64,000 nt of DNA, from the NCBI RefSeq assembly GCF_045037415.1, contig NZ_CP173439.1, one strand, 5' to 3'. A program made the translations under genes and the position numbers. This document shows positions 32,511 to 42,984 of the stretch, in pieces; the stretch's first letter is position 1; each line of letters begins with the position of its first letter. The notes below the pieces were generated by a model. The model saw nothing but the letters and a program-made list of their open reading frames with translations, was not told where the DNA came from and made no database searches. This DNA comes from Escherichia coli. GTDB taxonomy: Bacteria > Pseudomonadota > Gammaproteobacteria > Enterobacterales > Enterobacteriaceae.

Positions 32511-34208
32511 ATGGCAGATATTTTGCCCCGAGTGAACAGAGAGGATGTAATGAAAATAGTGATTGTTGGTGGTGTTGCCGGGGGAGCATCCGCTGCAGCC
32601 AGGGCTCGTCGGTTATCAGAGGATGTCAGTATTGTTGTGTTTGAGCGGGGAAGCGATGTCTCTTTCGCCAACTGTGGATTGCCTTATCATATAGGCGGAA
32701 AAATTCCGTTACGGCAGTCGCTGATTCTGAAAACCCCGGAGGATTTTAAATCCCGTTTTAACATAGACGTCCGTATCCGTCATGAAGTGATGTCAGTAGA
32801 CCCGGTTAATAAGATGGTGACGGTTAAAAATCTGACCTCCGGGGAGGTCTATACCGAAGAATGGGATCGTCTGCTCCTCAGTACCGGTGCCGCTCCGGTT
32901 GTTCCCCCCTTGCCCGGACTACAGGAAGCGGGTGTCTTTACACTGCGAAATCTTACTGACATGGATGCTATCCAGGCGTGGATTGAGCAACATAATATCG
33001 CTCACACCACGCTTGTCGGGGGGGGATTTATCGGGCTCGAAGTGATGGAGGCACTGAGCGAAAGGGGGATCAGTGTGACCCTGCTGGAGATGGGGGAACA
33101 GGTTATGGCTCCGGTTGATCCTGAAATGGCATCGGCCCTGCATCAGGAAATCAGGAGTCATGGCGTGGATCTGCGTCTCAGAACGGCGCTCACCGAGGTA
33201 CTGCGGACAGAGACGGGATTCCGCGTTGCACTGTCTGACGGTGGGTTTCTGCAGACCGACATGGTTATTCTCGCCATCGGGGTAAAACCTGAGAGCAGCC
33301 TTGCCACAGGAGCCGGGCTCGCCGTGGGTAAACGGGGAGGCATAAGTGTCAATGCCTGTATGCAGACAAGTATCCCTGACATCTATGCCGTGGGGGATGC
33401 AGTTGAAACACCTGACCTTGTCTTTCAGGAACCCGCTAATGTTCCTCTGGCAGGGCCAGCCAACCGCCAGGGACGCATTGCTGCTGATAATATGCTCGAT
33501 CGTCACAGCCTTTACCATGGCAGTCAGGGGACATCCATTTGTAAGGTATTTTCGCTGAGTATTGGCAGTGTCGGGGCGAATGAAAAGCAGCTGAAAGCCC
33601 ATGGTACCCGATACGAGAAGGTTTACGTCCATGCCGCTGATCATGCCAGTTACTACCCGGGGGCAACAATGATCAGTCTGAAACTGCTGTTCAGCCCCGA
33701 TACCGGTAAAATTCTCGGGGCCCAGGCGTCAGGGAAAAAAGGGGTTGATAAACGCATCGATGTCCTGGCTGTCGTACAGCGCGCGGGGCTTACCGTTAAC
33801 GATCTCGAGCATCTGGAGCTGACCTATGCTCCGCCTTTCAACAGTGCAAGGGACGTCGTTAACCAGGCTGGAATGGTGGCGGCAAATGTTATCAAGGGTG
33901 ATACGGTCATCTGTCATGTCCGCGATGTGTTACAACGGGAACCGGGCAGTTATTGTTTACTTGATATTCGTTCTCCTGCAGAACTGAAACAATTTGGTGA
34001 ATATCCTGACGCGCTATCCATCCCTCTTGATTCCCTGCGGGAGAATCTTGATAAGTTGCCTGAAGATAAAGAGATTATTATCGGGTGTCAGAGTGGTCTG
34101 CGGGGGCATGTGGCATACCGTATGCTTCAGTCTCACGGCTTCCGGACATATAATCTGAGTGGTGGTTTTATAACTTGGCAGGCGGTTACGGAATCAATGA
34201 GTCAATAA
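32511..34208 (+). CDS. CoA-disulfide/persulfide reductase with C-terminal rhodanese domain
   Basis: 565 aa; FAD-binding GGVAGG start, pyridine-nucleotide disulfide oxidoreductase core with redox Cys (SFANCGLPY), C-terminal rhodanese with active-site Cys (IIIGCQSGLRG). Confidence 0.85.
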   Translation: MADILPRVNREDVMKIVIVGGVAGGASAAARARRLSEDVSIVVFERGSDVSFANCGLPYHIGGKIPLRQSLILKTPEDFKSRFNIDVRIRHEVMSVDPVNKMVTVKNLTSGEVYTEEWDRLLLSTGAAPVVPPLPGLQEAGVFTLRNLTDMDAIQAWIEQHNIAHTTLVGGGFIGLEVMEALSERGISVTLLEMGEQVMAPVDPEMASALHQEIRSHGVDLRLRTALTEVLRTETGFRVALSDGGFLQTDMVILAIGVKPESSLATGAGLAVGKRGGISVNACMQTSIPDIYAVGDAVETPDLVFQEPANVPLAGPANRQGRIAADNMLDRHSLYHGSQGTSICKVFSLSIGSVGANEKQLKAHGTRYEKVYVHAADHASYYPGATMISLKLLFSPDTGKILGAQASGKKGVDKRIDVLAVVQRAGLTVNDLEHLELTYAPPFNSARDVVNQAGMVAANVIKGDTVICHVRDVLQREPGSYCLLDIRSPAELKQFGEYPDALSIPLDSLRENLDKLPEDKEIIIGCQSGLRGHVAYRMLQSHGFRTYNLSGGFITWQAVTESMSQ

Positions 34209-34486
34209 GAGATGAGGTGCCATACACATGGCACCTCATCTTCCAGATTCATTGAAAACGTATTATATGGAATAGAAATCTACAAAAATAATTAACACCC
34301 TGGATGGTACCCTATTGCGATAATGTGGACTGTTCAAAAAACAGGCTTACCGTACAATAATTCTCTATATCCAAACTGACCCCAATGTTCCTGAATGTAA
34401 ATCTCCGTACAAAGATATCGTTGAGTTTTATATAATTCATTGTTTTTATTGTGTTTTGTTTTTTTTGGTTGTGCTGGTTTGTAGTT

Positions 34487-34512
34487 ATAAAAAACCCCTG
34501 GGAATCCAGGGG
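34487..34512 (-). terminator. possible Rho-independent terminator (minus strand)
   Basis: GC stem cccctgg/ccagggg with a 4-nt loop, followed on the minus strand by a T-run. Confidence 0.3.
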
Positions 34513-35571
34513 TAGGTAAGGAAAACAAATGATACTCAGTTAGTGTTGCACTTTAAACGGGTTGAAGTATAACTCGTATTAAATGAGATGTTGAAAATAA
34601 GTGAAAACCATTGCTGGTTGCAATAGGGCAGTATGCGTAAAAAATAAATTTGTGATGCTTTTCAAAAAAACAATTAATACATGAATATTACAGCTCATAT
34701 ATTACAGTTTATAAAAAACTGTGTTTTATCTATTACATAGAGAAAAATTCTTATCCTGAGCTGTGAACTTGGTTGTTTCGTTTGATATATATCTTTGTAA
34801 ATGTGGTTTATTATGCGGGCATTTTTTATTGAGTATTGAATCAGAATAAGTGATGCAGCTAAATTTATTTGCGTAACTATTTCATTGTCAATATTCTGAC
34901 TCAATCTGACACCTATCGTTTCTCTTGGATTCCCCACTTTTGTGGTTTTTTATCCGGAACGGGATAGTGCCAGTTGTTTTTTATCAGCCTCAGGGTATTT
35001 TGGGGCGGTTGCGAACATTGACGCATTCCACAACTAAAAAAAATTTCTCACAGACTCTGATTCTTGCCCCGACCCTTGGTCGGTTTTTTTTTGTCCTGGC
35101 GAAACGTGAAGCTCTGAAACAGGAAACCCCGTCAGAGCGCCACGCACCAGGGGAGAAAACTTGTCGTTTTGAGCCGTTCGGTGTTCAGAACGCACGAAAC
35201 CGATCGCACATCGCTTTCGTGCATAGTTATGCAACGCCCTGAAAACGATTCTGACGCGTTTTTCTGGTTTGGCCTGGTGTTTTCTTGTCTTTTTGCGTTT
35301 TTTGCGCCAGAAAGCGATTGAGGGCGTTTTACATGGTACGTACAACGGGAGTTATGGTAAATGGATCGGGTTTTCGGGAAGGTTCGACAGGATTTGCCGT
35401 TGGGTGTAGTGTAAGCGACTGAAAAACAAACGCCCCTGAAATCATGTCCAGATCCGGCAGAACCAGCCTCATGCGCAGTTCTGGCTGGTTTTTGACGTTG
35501 ATCGCGAGGGGGCAGCGATTGACTGGAGCGACCGGAACGCTCCCGCGCCGAACATCACCGTAAAAAATCCT

Positions 35572-36138
35572 GTGAACGGTCATGCTCACCTGCTCTACGC
35601 GCTCAATATCGCCGTGAGAACCGCGCCGGACAGCTCGGTTAAGGCGCTGAAATACGCCGCTGCGATTGAACGTTCGCTGTGTGAGAAACTTTGTGCTGAT
35701 GTGAACTACAGCGGACTGATTTGTAAAAATCCGTTCCACCTGGAATGGCAGGTGATGGAGTGGCGAGAGGAAGCCTATACCCTCGATGAACTGGCTGATT
35801 ATCTCGATTTGAGCGCCTCAGCGCGCCGTAGCATCGATAAACATTACGGGATGGGGCGAAACTGCCACCTGTTCGAAATGACGCGCAAATGGGCTTACAG
35901 GGCGATTCGTCAGGGCTGGCCCGAATTCTCACAGTGGCTTGATGCCGTGATTCAGCGTGTCGAAATGTACAACGCATCGCTTTCCGTTCCGCTTTCACCG
36001 CCTGAATGTCGGGCTATTGGCAAGAGCATTGCGAAATACACGCACAGGAACTTCACGCCGGAAACTTTCGCACAGTATGTGGCTGATACGCACACATTAA
36101 CGTACGTTTTCGTTCCATTGGCCCTCACCCCCCGATAA
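35572..36138 (+). CDS. ColE2-type replicase / PriCT-domain Rep protein, probably 5'-truncated or frameshifted
   Basis: Conserved sequence continues ~45 codons upstream of the annotated start (..FWLVFDVDREGAAIDWSDRNAPAPNITVKNPVNGHAHLLYAL..) with no start codon and stops just beyond; C-terminal PriCT-like region (ECRAIGKSIAKYTHRNFTPETF). Confidence 0.5.
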   Translation: MNGHAHLLYALNIAVRTAPDSSVKALKYAAAIERSLCEKLCADVNYSGLICKNPFHLEWQVMEWREEAYTLDELADYLDLSASARRSIDKHYGMGRNCHLFEMTRKWAYRAIRQGWPEFSQWLDAVIQRVEMYNASLSVPLSPPECRAIGKSIAKYTHRNFTPETFAQYVADTHTLTYVFVPLALTPR

Positions 36139-36377
36139 CGACCCAGGTAGCGCGCCGTATTCCCCCCGCCGGCCGTTTTCTTCGACATGTACATCAGGCG
36201 CGGAACTCATCGGGGCGCGGGAATGAAATCCCATTCAGACTCCGGATAGATTCAAGCAAGCCCACTTATCGTCAAAATCGGTGTTGCAAAAACGGGAGTG
36301 ACCATAGATCCGTTTTCCAAGCGGACCCCATAATATCGGCTGGTAAACATCACTCGCTAGTGCATTCTTTTTGTTGG

Positions 36378-36394
36378 TAATGATAATCATTTAC
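36378..36394 (+). promoter_or_regulatory. Fur box upstream of the ChaN-like/TonB/receptor cluster
   Basis: taATGATAATCATTtac contains a 13-bp perfect match to the Fur-box core AATGATAATCATT. Confidence 0.5.
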
Positions 36395-36470
36395 ATTCAT
36401 TCTTTGATGTTTTATCATAATTAATGTTTTGTCAATAAATATATGGAAACATATTGTTTCAGATGGGAAT

Positions 36471-37346
36471 ATGAGAAAGTTCATCCTTATTTCTATGATA
36501 ACGTTAGCTAGTGTTAGTCTGGGAGCCTGCAGACAGAATGTCACCATAAAGCAGGATGCGCCAGGGCAGAAAGCTTTCCTGACTGACGGGCAGATTTACG
36601 ATTTGCACAGTGGCAAAATTATTTCTAGCAGCGAGCTTTTGGCGGATCTTGCTACCGCTCAACATCTTATTATTGGTGAAAAACACGATAATGCCGAGCA
36701 TCATCAGATTGAGCTTTGGCTTATTCAAAATTTGCTCATCCAGCGACCACAGGGGAGTGTGTTGCTTGAGATGTTGACGTCAGAGCAACAGCCCCGAGTT
36801 AACCAAGTTAAATGTTGGCTGAAAGATAATCCTGTGGTTCGAGATAGCCGTGTTCAGGAACTACTTAACTGGCAAAAAGGGTGGTCCTGGGAGATGTATG
36901 GCGACATCGTCATGCAGCTATTACGTGGGCCTTACCCGCTGCTCAATGCCAACATTGGCCGGGAGCAGATATTGGCACTGTACAAAAAAAACGAATTTCC
37001 TAAAGGAAAAAAATCCACTGCACCTGTGGTACAAGAAGCTCTGCGTGAAACCATCATATCTATGCATGAAGGCAACCTTGAAAGCCAGCAACTGACGTCA
37101 ATGCTCTCTATTCAGCAGCAGCGGGATCGCTACATGGCCCGCCAGCTTCTGAGTGCCCCGGTACCGTCGTTGTTGATTGCAGGTGGTTATCACGCGTCAA
37201 AAAGCATGGGCGTACCGTTACACATGGAAGATCTTGCCACCGGCACCCATCCAGTGGTGTTGATGCTTGCAGAAAAAGGAATGAACATCACAGTAGATCA
37301 TGCTGACTACGTGTGGTTTGTAGCGCCAGATACAACAAAAAGGTAA
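36471..37346 (+). CDS. ChaN-like lipoprotein (Tiki/haem-binding-uptake family)
   Basis: Lipoprotein signal with lipobox LGAC; motif GEKHDNAEHH typical of the ChaN family as recalled; start taken at the internal Met of ORF 36429..37346. Confidence 0.55.
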   Translation: MRKFILISMITLASVSLGACRQNVTIKQDAPGQKAFLTDGQIYDLHSGKIISSSELLADLATAQHLIIGEKHDNAEHHQIELWLIQNLLIQRPQGSVLLEMLTSEQQPRVNQVKCWLKDNPVVRDSRVQELLNWQKGWSWEMYGDIVMQLLRGPYPLLNANIGREQILALYKKNEFPKGKKSTAPVVQEALRETIISMHEGNLESQQLTSMLSIQQQRDRYMARQLLSAPVPSLLIAGGYHASKSMGVPLHMEDLATGTHPVVLMLAEKGMNITVDHADYVWFVAPDTTKR

Positions 37347-37353
37347 ACCATGG

Positions 37354-38130
37354 ATGATGAATATTCTCCACTTCTCACAGTCGGTAAAATGGAGCAGCTG
37401 GTTTATCTGTTCTCTACTGCTTCATGGACTGATTTTCCTTGCGTTTATCTGGCGTTTTTCCGAAGTTCAGCCCGCTATGTCTCCTGCACCGGCGATCATG
37501 CTGCAATGGGCAGAAATTATAGAGGCTCCTTCTTCTCCACTTTCGCTTCCGGTGGGAATCGCTCAACAGGAGTCCGCAGTGACAGAAGAAAAGCAACAAA
37601 CTGAGGACAGACAACAACGTCCTGTCACTGAAGACAGTGATGCAACCATTGAAATAACTAGGAAGAAAAAGTCATCCGATGGAGAAAAGAAAAAGACACG
37701 TCCACCTCGTAAGATAAAGGCTCAAACCAGCGACAGCAACCCCACAGCCGTTTCCAGTAATGCTGCACCTCAGGCTCTGGTCGAATCGTCCCGTATTGCT
37801 GCGCCTTTTAACAGTGACTCAACAAAGCGAGATAATTCTGAGGCATCTTGGGAAAGCAGAGTAAAAGGCCACCTAAACCGTTATAAACGTTACCCTGGCG
37901 ATGCCAGAAAACGTGCACGAACCGGCACAGCCGTCGTGACTTTTACCGTAAACACGGAAGGCACTATTGTCAGTAGTTTCTTGGAAATCTCTTCAGGAAC
38001 CTTTTCTCTTGACCGCGAAGCTATTGCTGTTTTAGAACGCGCTCAACCACTTCCCAAACCACCGCCTGAAATATTGGAGGGAGGATTATTTAAAGTAAAA
38101 ATGCCGATTACCTTTAAGTTGAAGGAGTAA
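37354..38130 (+). CDS. tonB: TonB-family energy transducer
   Basis: N-terminal membrane anchor, Pro/Lys/Glu-rich spacer, C-terminal TonB domain (YPGDARKRARTGTAVVTFTVNTEGTIVSSFLEISSGTFSLDREAIAVL). Confidence 0.8.
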   Translation: MMNILHFSQSVKWSSWFICSLLLHGLIFLAFIWRFSEVQPAMSPAPAIMLQWAEIIEAPSSPLSLPVGIAQQESAVTEEKQQTEDRQQRPVTEDSDATIEITRKKKSSDGEKKKTRPPRKIKAQTSDSNPTAVSSNAAPQALVESSRIAAPFNSDSTKRDNSEASWESRVKGHLNRYKRYPGDARKRARTGTAVVTFTVNTEGTIVSSFLEISSGTFSLDREAIAVLERAQPLPKPPPEILEGGLFKVKMPITFKLKE

Positions 38131-38298
38131 AGGGATAATTGGCCGTTCAAGTTCATTTAACTGAAATTTAATTTTCATTTTTATGCTGAACATTTTATCA
38201 AACTTTTCCACTGTCAAAAAAATCAAAAAGACAGTAGAACATAATTAATAAACAAATAGTTATACTTATCTTTATTAATATTATACCCAAGGAAATTT

Positions 38299-40560
38299 AT
38301 GAACGTTATAAAACTGGCTATCGGCTCAGGCATATTATTGCTCAGCTGCGGTGCTTACTCACAATCCATCAGTGAAAAAACTAATTCCGACAAAAAAGGA
38401 GCGGCAGAATTCAGTCCGCTCAGCGTTTCTGTCGGGAAGACGACCAGTGAGCAGGAAGCTCTCGAGAAAACAGGCGCGACCAGTTCCCGGACAACGGACA
38501 AAAACCTGCAATCACTTGACGCAACAGTGCGTAGTATGCCTGGTACTTATACTCAAATAGATCCTGGTCAGGGAGCAATCAGTGTGAATATTCGAGGCAT
38601 GAGCGGATTTGGTCGTGTAAACACTATGGTCGATGGTATTACCCAGAGTTTTTACGGAACCTCTACCTCCGGAACAACGACGCATGGTTCAACTAACAAT
38701 ATGGCTGGCGTACTTATAGATCCTAACTTACTGGTAGCAGTTGATGTTACACGCGGTGACAGCAGTGGCTCTGAAGGGATCAACGCCCTTGCCGGTAGTG
38801 CAAATATGCGTACTATTGGCGTTGACGATGTAATATTTAACGGTAATACATATGGCCTTCGTTCACGTTTCTCTGTCGGTAGTAATGGGCTGGGACGCAG
38901 CGGAATGATCGCCCTTGGTGGAAAAAGCGACGCTTTTACGGATACGGGAAGCATTGGCGTTATGGCTGCTGTGAGCGGCAGTTCTGTGTACTCTAATTTC
39001 TCAAATGGTTCTGGAATTAACAGCAAAGAGTTTGGTTATGATAAATATATGAAGCAGAACCCCAAATCCCAACTGTATAAAATGGATATCAGACCAGACG
39101 AATTTAACAGCTTCGAACTTTCCGCTCGAACCTATGAAAATAAATTTACACGTCGTGATATAACCAGTGACGACTATTACATTAAATATCATTACACCCC
39201 TTTTTCTGAATTAATTGACTTTAACGTAACGGCCAGTACCAGTCGCGGTAATCAAAAGTATCGTGATGGCTCGCTGTATACTTTCTACAAAACCTCAGCG
39301 CAAAATCGTTCTGACGCGCTGGATATCAACAATACCAGCCGGTTCACTGTCGCGGACAATGACCTGGAGTTTATGCTGGGCAGCAAACTGATGCGTACCC
39401 GCTATGACCGGACCATTCACTCAGCGGCGGGCGACCCGAAAGCGAATCAGGAATCGATCGAGAACAATCCGTTCGCACCCTCCGGCCAGCAGGATATTTC
39501 AGCGCTGTATACCGGGCTGAAGGTTACGCGCGGCATCTGGGAGGCAGATTTCAATCTCAACTACACACGTAACAGGATCACAGGGTACAAGCCCGCCTGC
39601 GATTCACGCGTTATCTGCGTGCCACAGGGTAGCTACGATATTGACGATAAAGAGGGTGGCTTCAACCCTTCAGTTCAGCTTTCTGCTCAGGTAACACCAT
39701 GGCTTCAGCCGTTCATTGGCTACAGCAAATCCATGCGCGCCCCGAACATCCAGGAGATGTTCTTCTCTAATTCAGGAGGCGCATCCATGAACCCATTCCT
39801 GAAGCCTGAACGTGCAGAAACCTGGCAGGCGGGTTTTAACATTGATACCAGAGATTTACTGGTCGAACAGGATGCCCTGCGCTTTAAGGCTCTGGCGTAC
39901 CGCAGCAGGATCCAGAACTACATCTACAGCGAGTCTTATCTGGTTTGTTCTGGAGGTCGTAAATGCAGTCTGCCTGAGGTGATTGGCAATGGCTGGGAGG
40001 GCATTAGCGATGAATACAGCGACAATATGTACATCTACGTTAACTCGGCAAGCGACGTTATCGCAAAGGGCTTCGAACTGGAGATGGATTATGATGCAGG
40101 TTTTGCTTTTGGTCGACTCTCTTTCAGCCAGCAGCAAACAGACCAGCCAACCTCCATCGCCAGCACCCACTTTGGCGCAGGGGATATAACCGAACTGCCC
40201 AGAAAATACATGACGCTGGATACTGGTGTTCGCTTCTTCGATAACGCGTTGACCCTGGGCACTATCATAAAATACACAGGCAAGGCTCGTCGCCTGTCGC
40301 CTGATTTTGAGCAGGACGAACATACCGGCGCAATAATCAAACAGGATTTGCCGCAGATCCCAACGATTATCGATCTCTATGGTACTTACGAGTACAACCG
40401 CAACCTGACACTGAAACTTTCGGTACAAAACCTGATGAACAGAGATTATTCGGAGGCGCTGAATAAGCTCAACATGATGCCAGGTCTTGGTGACGAAACC
40501 CACCCAGCCAATTCCGCGCGTGGCAGAACATGGATATTTGGCGGGGATATTCGTTTCTGA
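38299..40560 (+). CDS. TonB-dependent outer-membrane receptor (YncD-like)
   Basis: 753 aa; signal peptide, plug then beta-barrel, C-terminal ...WIFGGDIRF. Confidence 0.85.
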   Translation: MNVIKLAIGSGILLLSCGAYSQSISEKTNSDKKGAAEFSPLSVSVGKTTSEQEALEKTGATSSRTTDKNLQSLDATVRSMPGTYTQIDPGQGAISVNIRGMSGFGRVNTMVDGITQSFYGTSTSGTTTHGSTNNMAGVLIDPNLLVAVDVTRGDSSGSEGINALAGSANMRTIGVDDVIFNGNTYGLRSRFSVGSNGLGRSGMIALGGKSDAFTDTGSIGVMAAVSGSSVYSNFSNGSGINSKEFGYDKYMKQNPKSQLYKMDIRPDEFNSFELSARTYENKFTRRDITSDDYYIKYHYTPFSELIDFNVTASTSRGNQKYRDGSLYTFYKTSAQNRSDALDINNTSRFTVADNDLEFMLGSKLMRTRYDRTIHSAAGDPKANQESIENNPFAPSGQQDISALYTGLKVTRGIWEADFNLNYTRNRITGYKPACDSRVICVPQGSYDIDDKEGGFNPSVQLSAQVTPWLQPFIGYSKSMRAPNIQEMFFSNSGGASMNPFLKPERAETWQAGFNIDTRDLLVEQDALRFKALAYRSRIQNYIYSESYLVCSGGRKCSLPEVIGNGWEGISDEYSDNMYIYVNSASDVIAKGFELEMDYDAGFAFGRLSFSQQQTDQPTSIASTHFGAGDITELPRKYMTLDTGVRFFDNALTLGTIIKYTGKARRLSPDFEQDEHTGAIIKQDLPQIPTIIDLYGTYEYNRNLTLKLSVQNLMNRDYSEALNKLNMMPGLGDETHPANSARGRTWIFGGDIRF

Positions 40561-40628
40561 TGACAATTTCCGCTAGGTTCAGACAATACGTTTTCTCTCT
40601 TATGTCAATTTTATTGCAGGAACGAAAA

Positions 40629-41804
40629 ATGAATATTTTCACTTTATCCAAAGCACCGCTATACCTGTTAATTTCACTATTTTTACCCACGATGGCCATG
40701 GCTATCGATCCACCTGAACGCGAACTTTCGCGATTTGCCCTGAAAACGAATTACCTTCAGTCCCCTGATGAAGGCGTCTATGAACTGGCGTTTGATAATG
40801 CCAGTAAAAAGGTGTTTGCAGCAGTCACCGATCGTGTAAATCGTGAAGCCAATAAAGGCTATCTGTATTCGTTTAATTCAGATTCGCTGAAAGTCGAAAA
40901 TAAATACACGATGCCATACCGGGCATTTTCGCTGGCGATAAATCAGGATAAACATCAGCTCTATATCGGACACACCCAGTCAGCGTCCCTGCGTATCAGT
41001 ATGTTTGACACCCCAACCGGCAAACTGGTAAGAACCAGCGACAGGTTAAGTTTTAAAGCGGCAAACGCTGCAGATTCGCGTTTTGAGCATTTTCGCCATA
41101 TGGTTTACAGCCAGGATTCCGATACCCTGTTTGTGAGTTATAGCAATATGCTGAAAACGGCCGAGGGCATGAAGCCTCTGCATAAGCTGTTAATGCTCGA
41201 CGGGACGACGCTTGCCTTAAAAGGCGAGGTTAAGGATGCTTACAAAGGTACAGCGTATGGTCTGACGATGGATGAAAAAACACAGAAAATCTACGTTGGC
41301 GGAAGAGATTACATCAACGAAATTGATGCGAAAAATCAGACGCTGCTGCGTACCATCCCGTTGAAAGATCCGAGACCACAAATCACAAGTGTGCAGAATC
41401 TGGCGGTGGACTCCGCTTCTGACCGTGCCTTTGTGGTGGTATTCGACCATGACGATCGTTCCGGTACAAAAGATGGACTCTATATTTTTGACTTACGCGA
41501 CGGTAAACAGCTTGGCTATGTGCACACAGGAGCCGGAGCTAACGCGGTGAAATACAATCCGAAATATAACGAACTGTATGTCACCAACTTCACTAGCGGC
41601 ACCATCAGCGTAGTGGATGCCACCAAATACAGCATCACCCGTGAATTTAACATGCCGGTCTACCCAAACCAGATGGTGTTGTCGGACGATATGGATACCC
41701 TTTACATTGGCATCAAAGAAGGCTTTAACCGCGATTGGGATCCTGATGTGTTTGTGGAAGGAGCTAAAGAACGTATTCTGAGCATTGATTTGAAAAAGTC
41801 GTGA
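40629..41804 (+). CDS. periplasmic beta-propeller protein (YncE-like)
   Basis: Signal peptide from internal Met (MNIFTLSKAPLYLLISLFLPTMAMA); repeated YV/beta-propeller blades (LYIGHTQS, IYVGG, LYVTNFTSGTISVVD); E. coli yncE likewise sits beside yncD. Confidence 0.65.
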   Translation: MNIFTLSKAPLYLLISLFLPTMAMAIDPPERELSRFALKTNYLQSPDEGVYELAFDNASKKVFAAVTDRVNREANKGYLYSFNSDSLKVENKYTMPYRAFSLAINQDKHQLYIGHTQSASLRISMFDTPTGKLVRTSDRLSFKAANAADSRFEHFRHMVYSQDSDTLFVSYSNMLKTAEGMKPLHKLLMLDGTTLALKGEVKDAYKGTAYGLTMDEKTQKIYVGGRDYINEIDAKNQTLLRTIPLKDPRPQITSVQNLAVDSASDRAFVVVFDHDDRSGTKDGLYIFDLRDGKQLGYVHTGAGANAVKYNPKYNELYVTNFTSGTISVVDATKYSITREFNMPVYPNQMVLSDDMDTLYIGIKEGFNRDWDPDVFVEGAKERILSIDLKKS

Positions 41805-42067
41805 TCGGGGGGAAAAAACATGGGATAAAAACTCCGTTATTCCACTAAACTGGCCGGACTAGGAAAAGCAAACATCTCTGTCCTGCCGGTACGCCTGTTA
41901 CGCCGCTCCATGAGGCTGAGGAATCTCCAGAAAACGAGACAGGCACAGCATTGTACGATCAACTGATTTGTGCCAATAATTAAATGAAATCACAGCTATG
42001 CCTGTTCATGGGGTTCTAGGCCGGAACCCCAGATTTTTCCGATTGTTTGTTTTCTAACTGATTATTC

Positions 42068-42105
42068 AGTAGTTTTAGAGGGCTGACGCTCAGTGGAACG
42101 AAAAC
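42068..42105. repeat. Tn3 (TnA)-type 38-bp terminal IR remnant
   Basis: ...CTGACGCTCAGTGGAACGAAAACTCACGTTAAG identical to the Tn3 IR over 33 bp. Confidence 0.55.
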
Positions 42106-42144
42106 TCACGTTAAGAGGTTTTGACTATGATAAAAGTCAAAGTA

Positions 42145-42182
42145 GGGGTGAGTTTGGATATGGAAATTATTGTACTATAAGG
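42145..42182. repeat. 38-bp Tn3-family-like terminal repeat copy (GGGGTGAGTTTGGATATGGAAATTATTGTACTATAAGG)
   Basis: Same family as 32001 and 56465; followed by ~85 bp that recurs at 12437..12520. Confidence 0.45.
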
Positions 42183-42326
42183 AGAGCATGAAAAACCCTG
42201 GGGCAGTCACTGAATGAGGGACCAGCAGCGGTAAAATAACCAGCATAATTTCTGCGTGGTCGATTTTTATACCGTGACAGGCTGTTTTTTATACTTGCAC
42301 CGATTCCCGGGCACACTTAGCCTGTG

Positions 42327-42593
42327 TCAGGCCGGCATATACCTCAGCAGACTGATATCCCGCGCGTTTTTCTTCAGCCCTGATACATTCAGCCCCGCAA
42401 TGGCCCGGCGGTATACCATCCGGCCGCCGCACAGCACGCATTCGAACGGGTCACGACTCAGGAACTGTTTCACCATTTGTGCATAGCACACTTTCGCCAC
42501 TGCTTCCGGTTTATCCATCCCCAGAGCACGGTACACCTGCGGCAGCTTCTCTCCACACACCCGGTTGGCAAGGAACCCGAAGTACCTCACCAT
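42327..42593 (-). pseudogene. IS91-family transposase, C-terminal fragment
   Basis: 88 aa (MVRYFGFLANR...FECVLCGGRMV...) parallels the C-terminus of the IS91 TnpA at 16638..17870; no N-terminal part. Confidence 0.6.
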
Positions 42594-42657
42594 CTTAAAA
42601 AACTGAACCGCCCCGGGAATCCTGGAGACTAAACTTCCTGAGAAAGAGGTAAACAGG

Positions 42658-42984
42658 ATGACTAAAAATACTCGTTTTTCCCCCGAAGTCCGTCAACGGG
42701 CAGTCCGTATGGTTCTGGAAAGTCAGGGCGAATATGACTCACAATGGGCGACAATTTGTTCCATTGCCCCAAAGATTGGCTGTACACCGGAGACTCTGCG
42801 TGTCTGGGTACGCCAGCATGAGCGGGATACCGGAGGCGGTGATGGCGGGCTCACCACCGCTGAACGTCAGCGTCTGAAAGAGCTGGAACGTGAAAATCGT
42901 GAACTGCGCCGCAGTAACGATATCCTTCGCCAGGCTTCCGCTTATTTTGCGAAGGCGGAGTTCGACCGCCTCTGGAAAAAGTGA
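42658..42984 (+). CDS. IS629-like OrfA
   Basis: 108 aa, HTH plus leucine-zipper region. Confidence 0.85.
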   Translation: MTKNTRFSPEVRQRAVRMVLESQGEYDSQWATICSIAPKIGCTPETLRVWVRQHERDTGGGDGGLTTAERQRLKELERENRELRRSNDILRQASAYFAKAEFDRLWKK

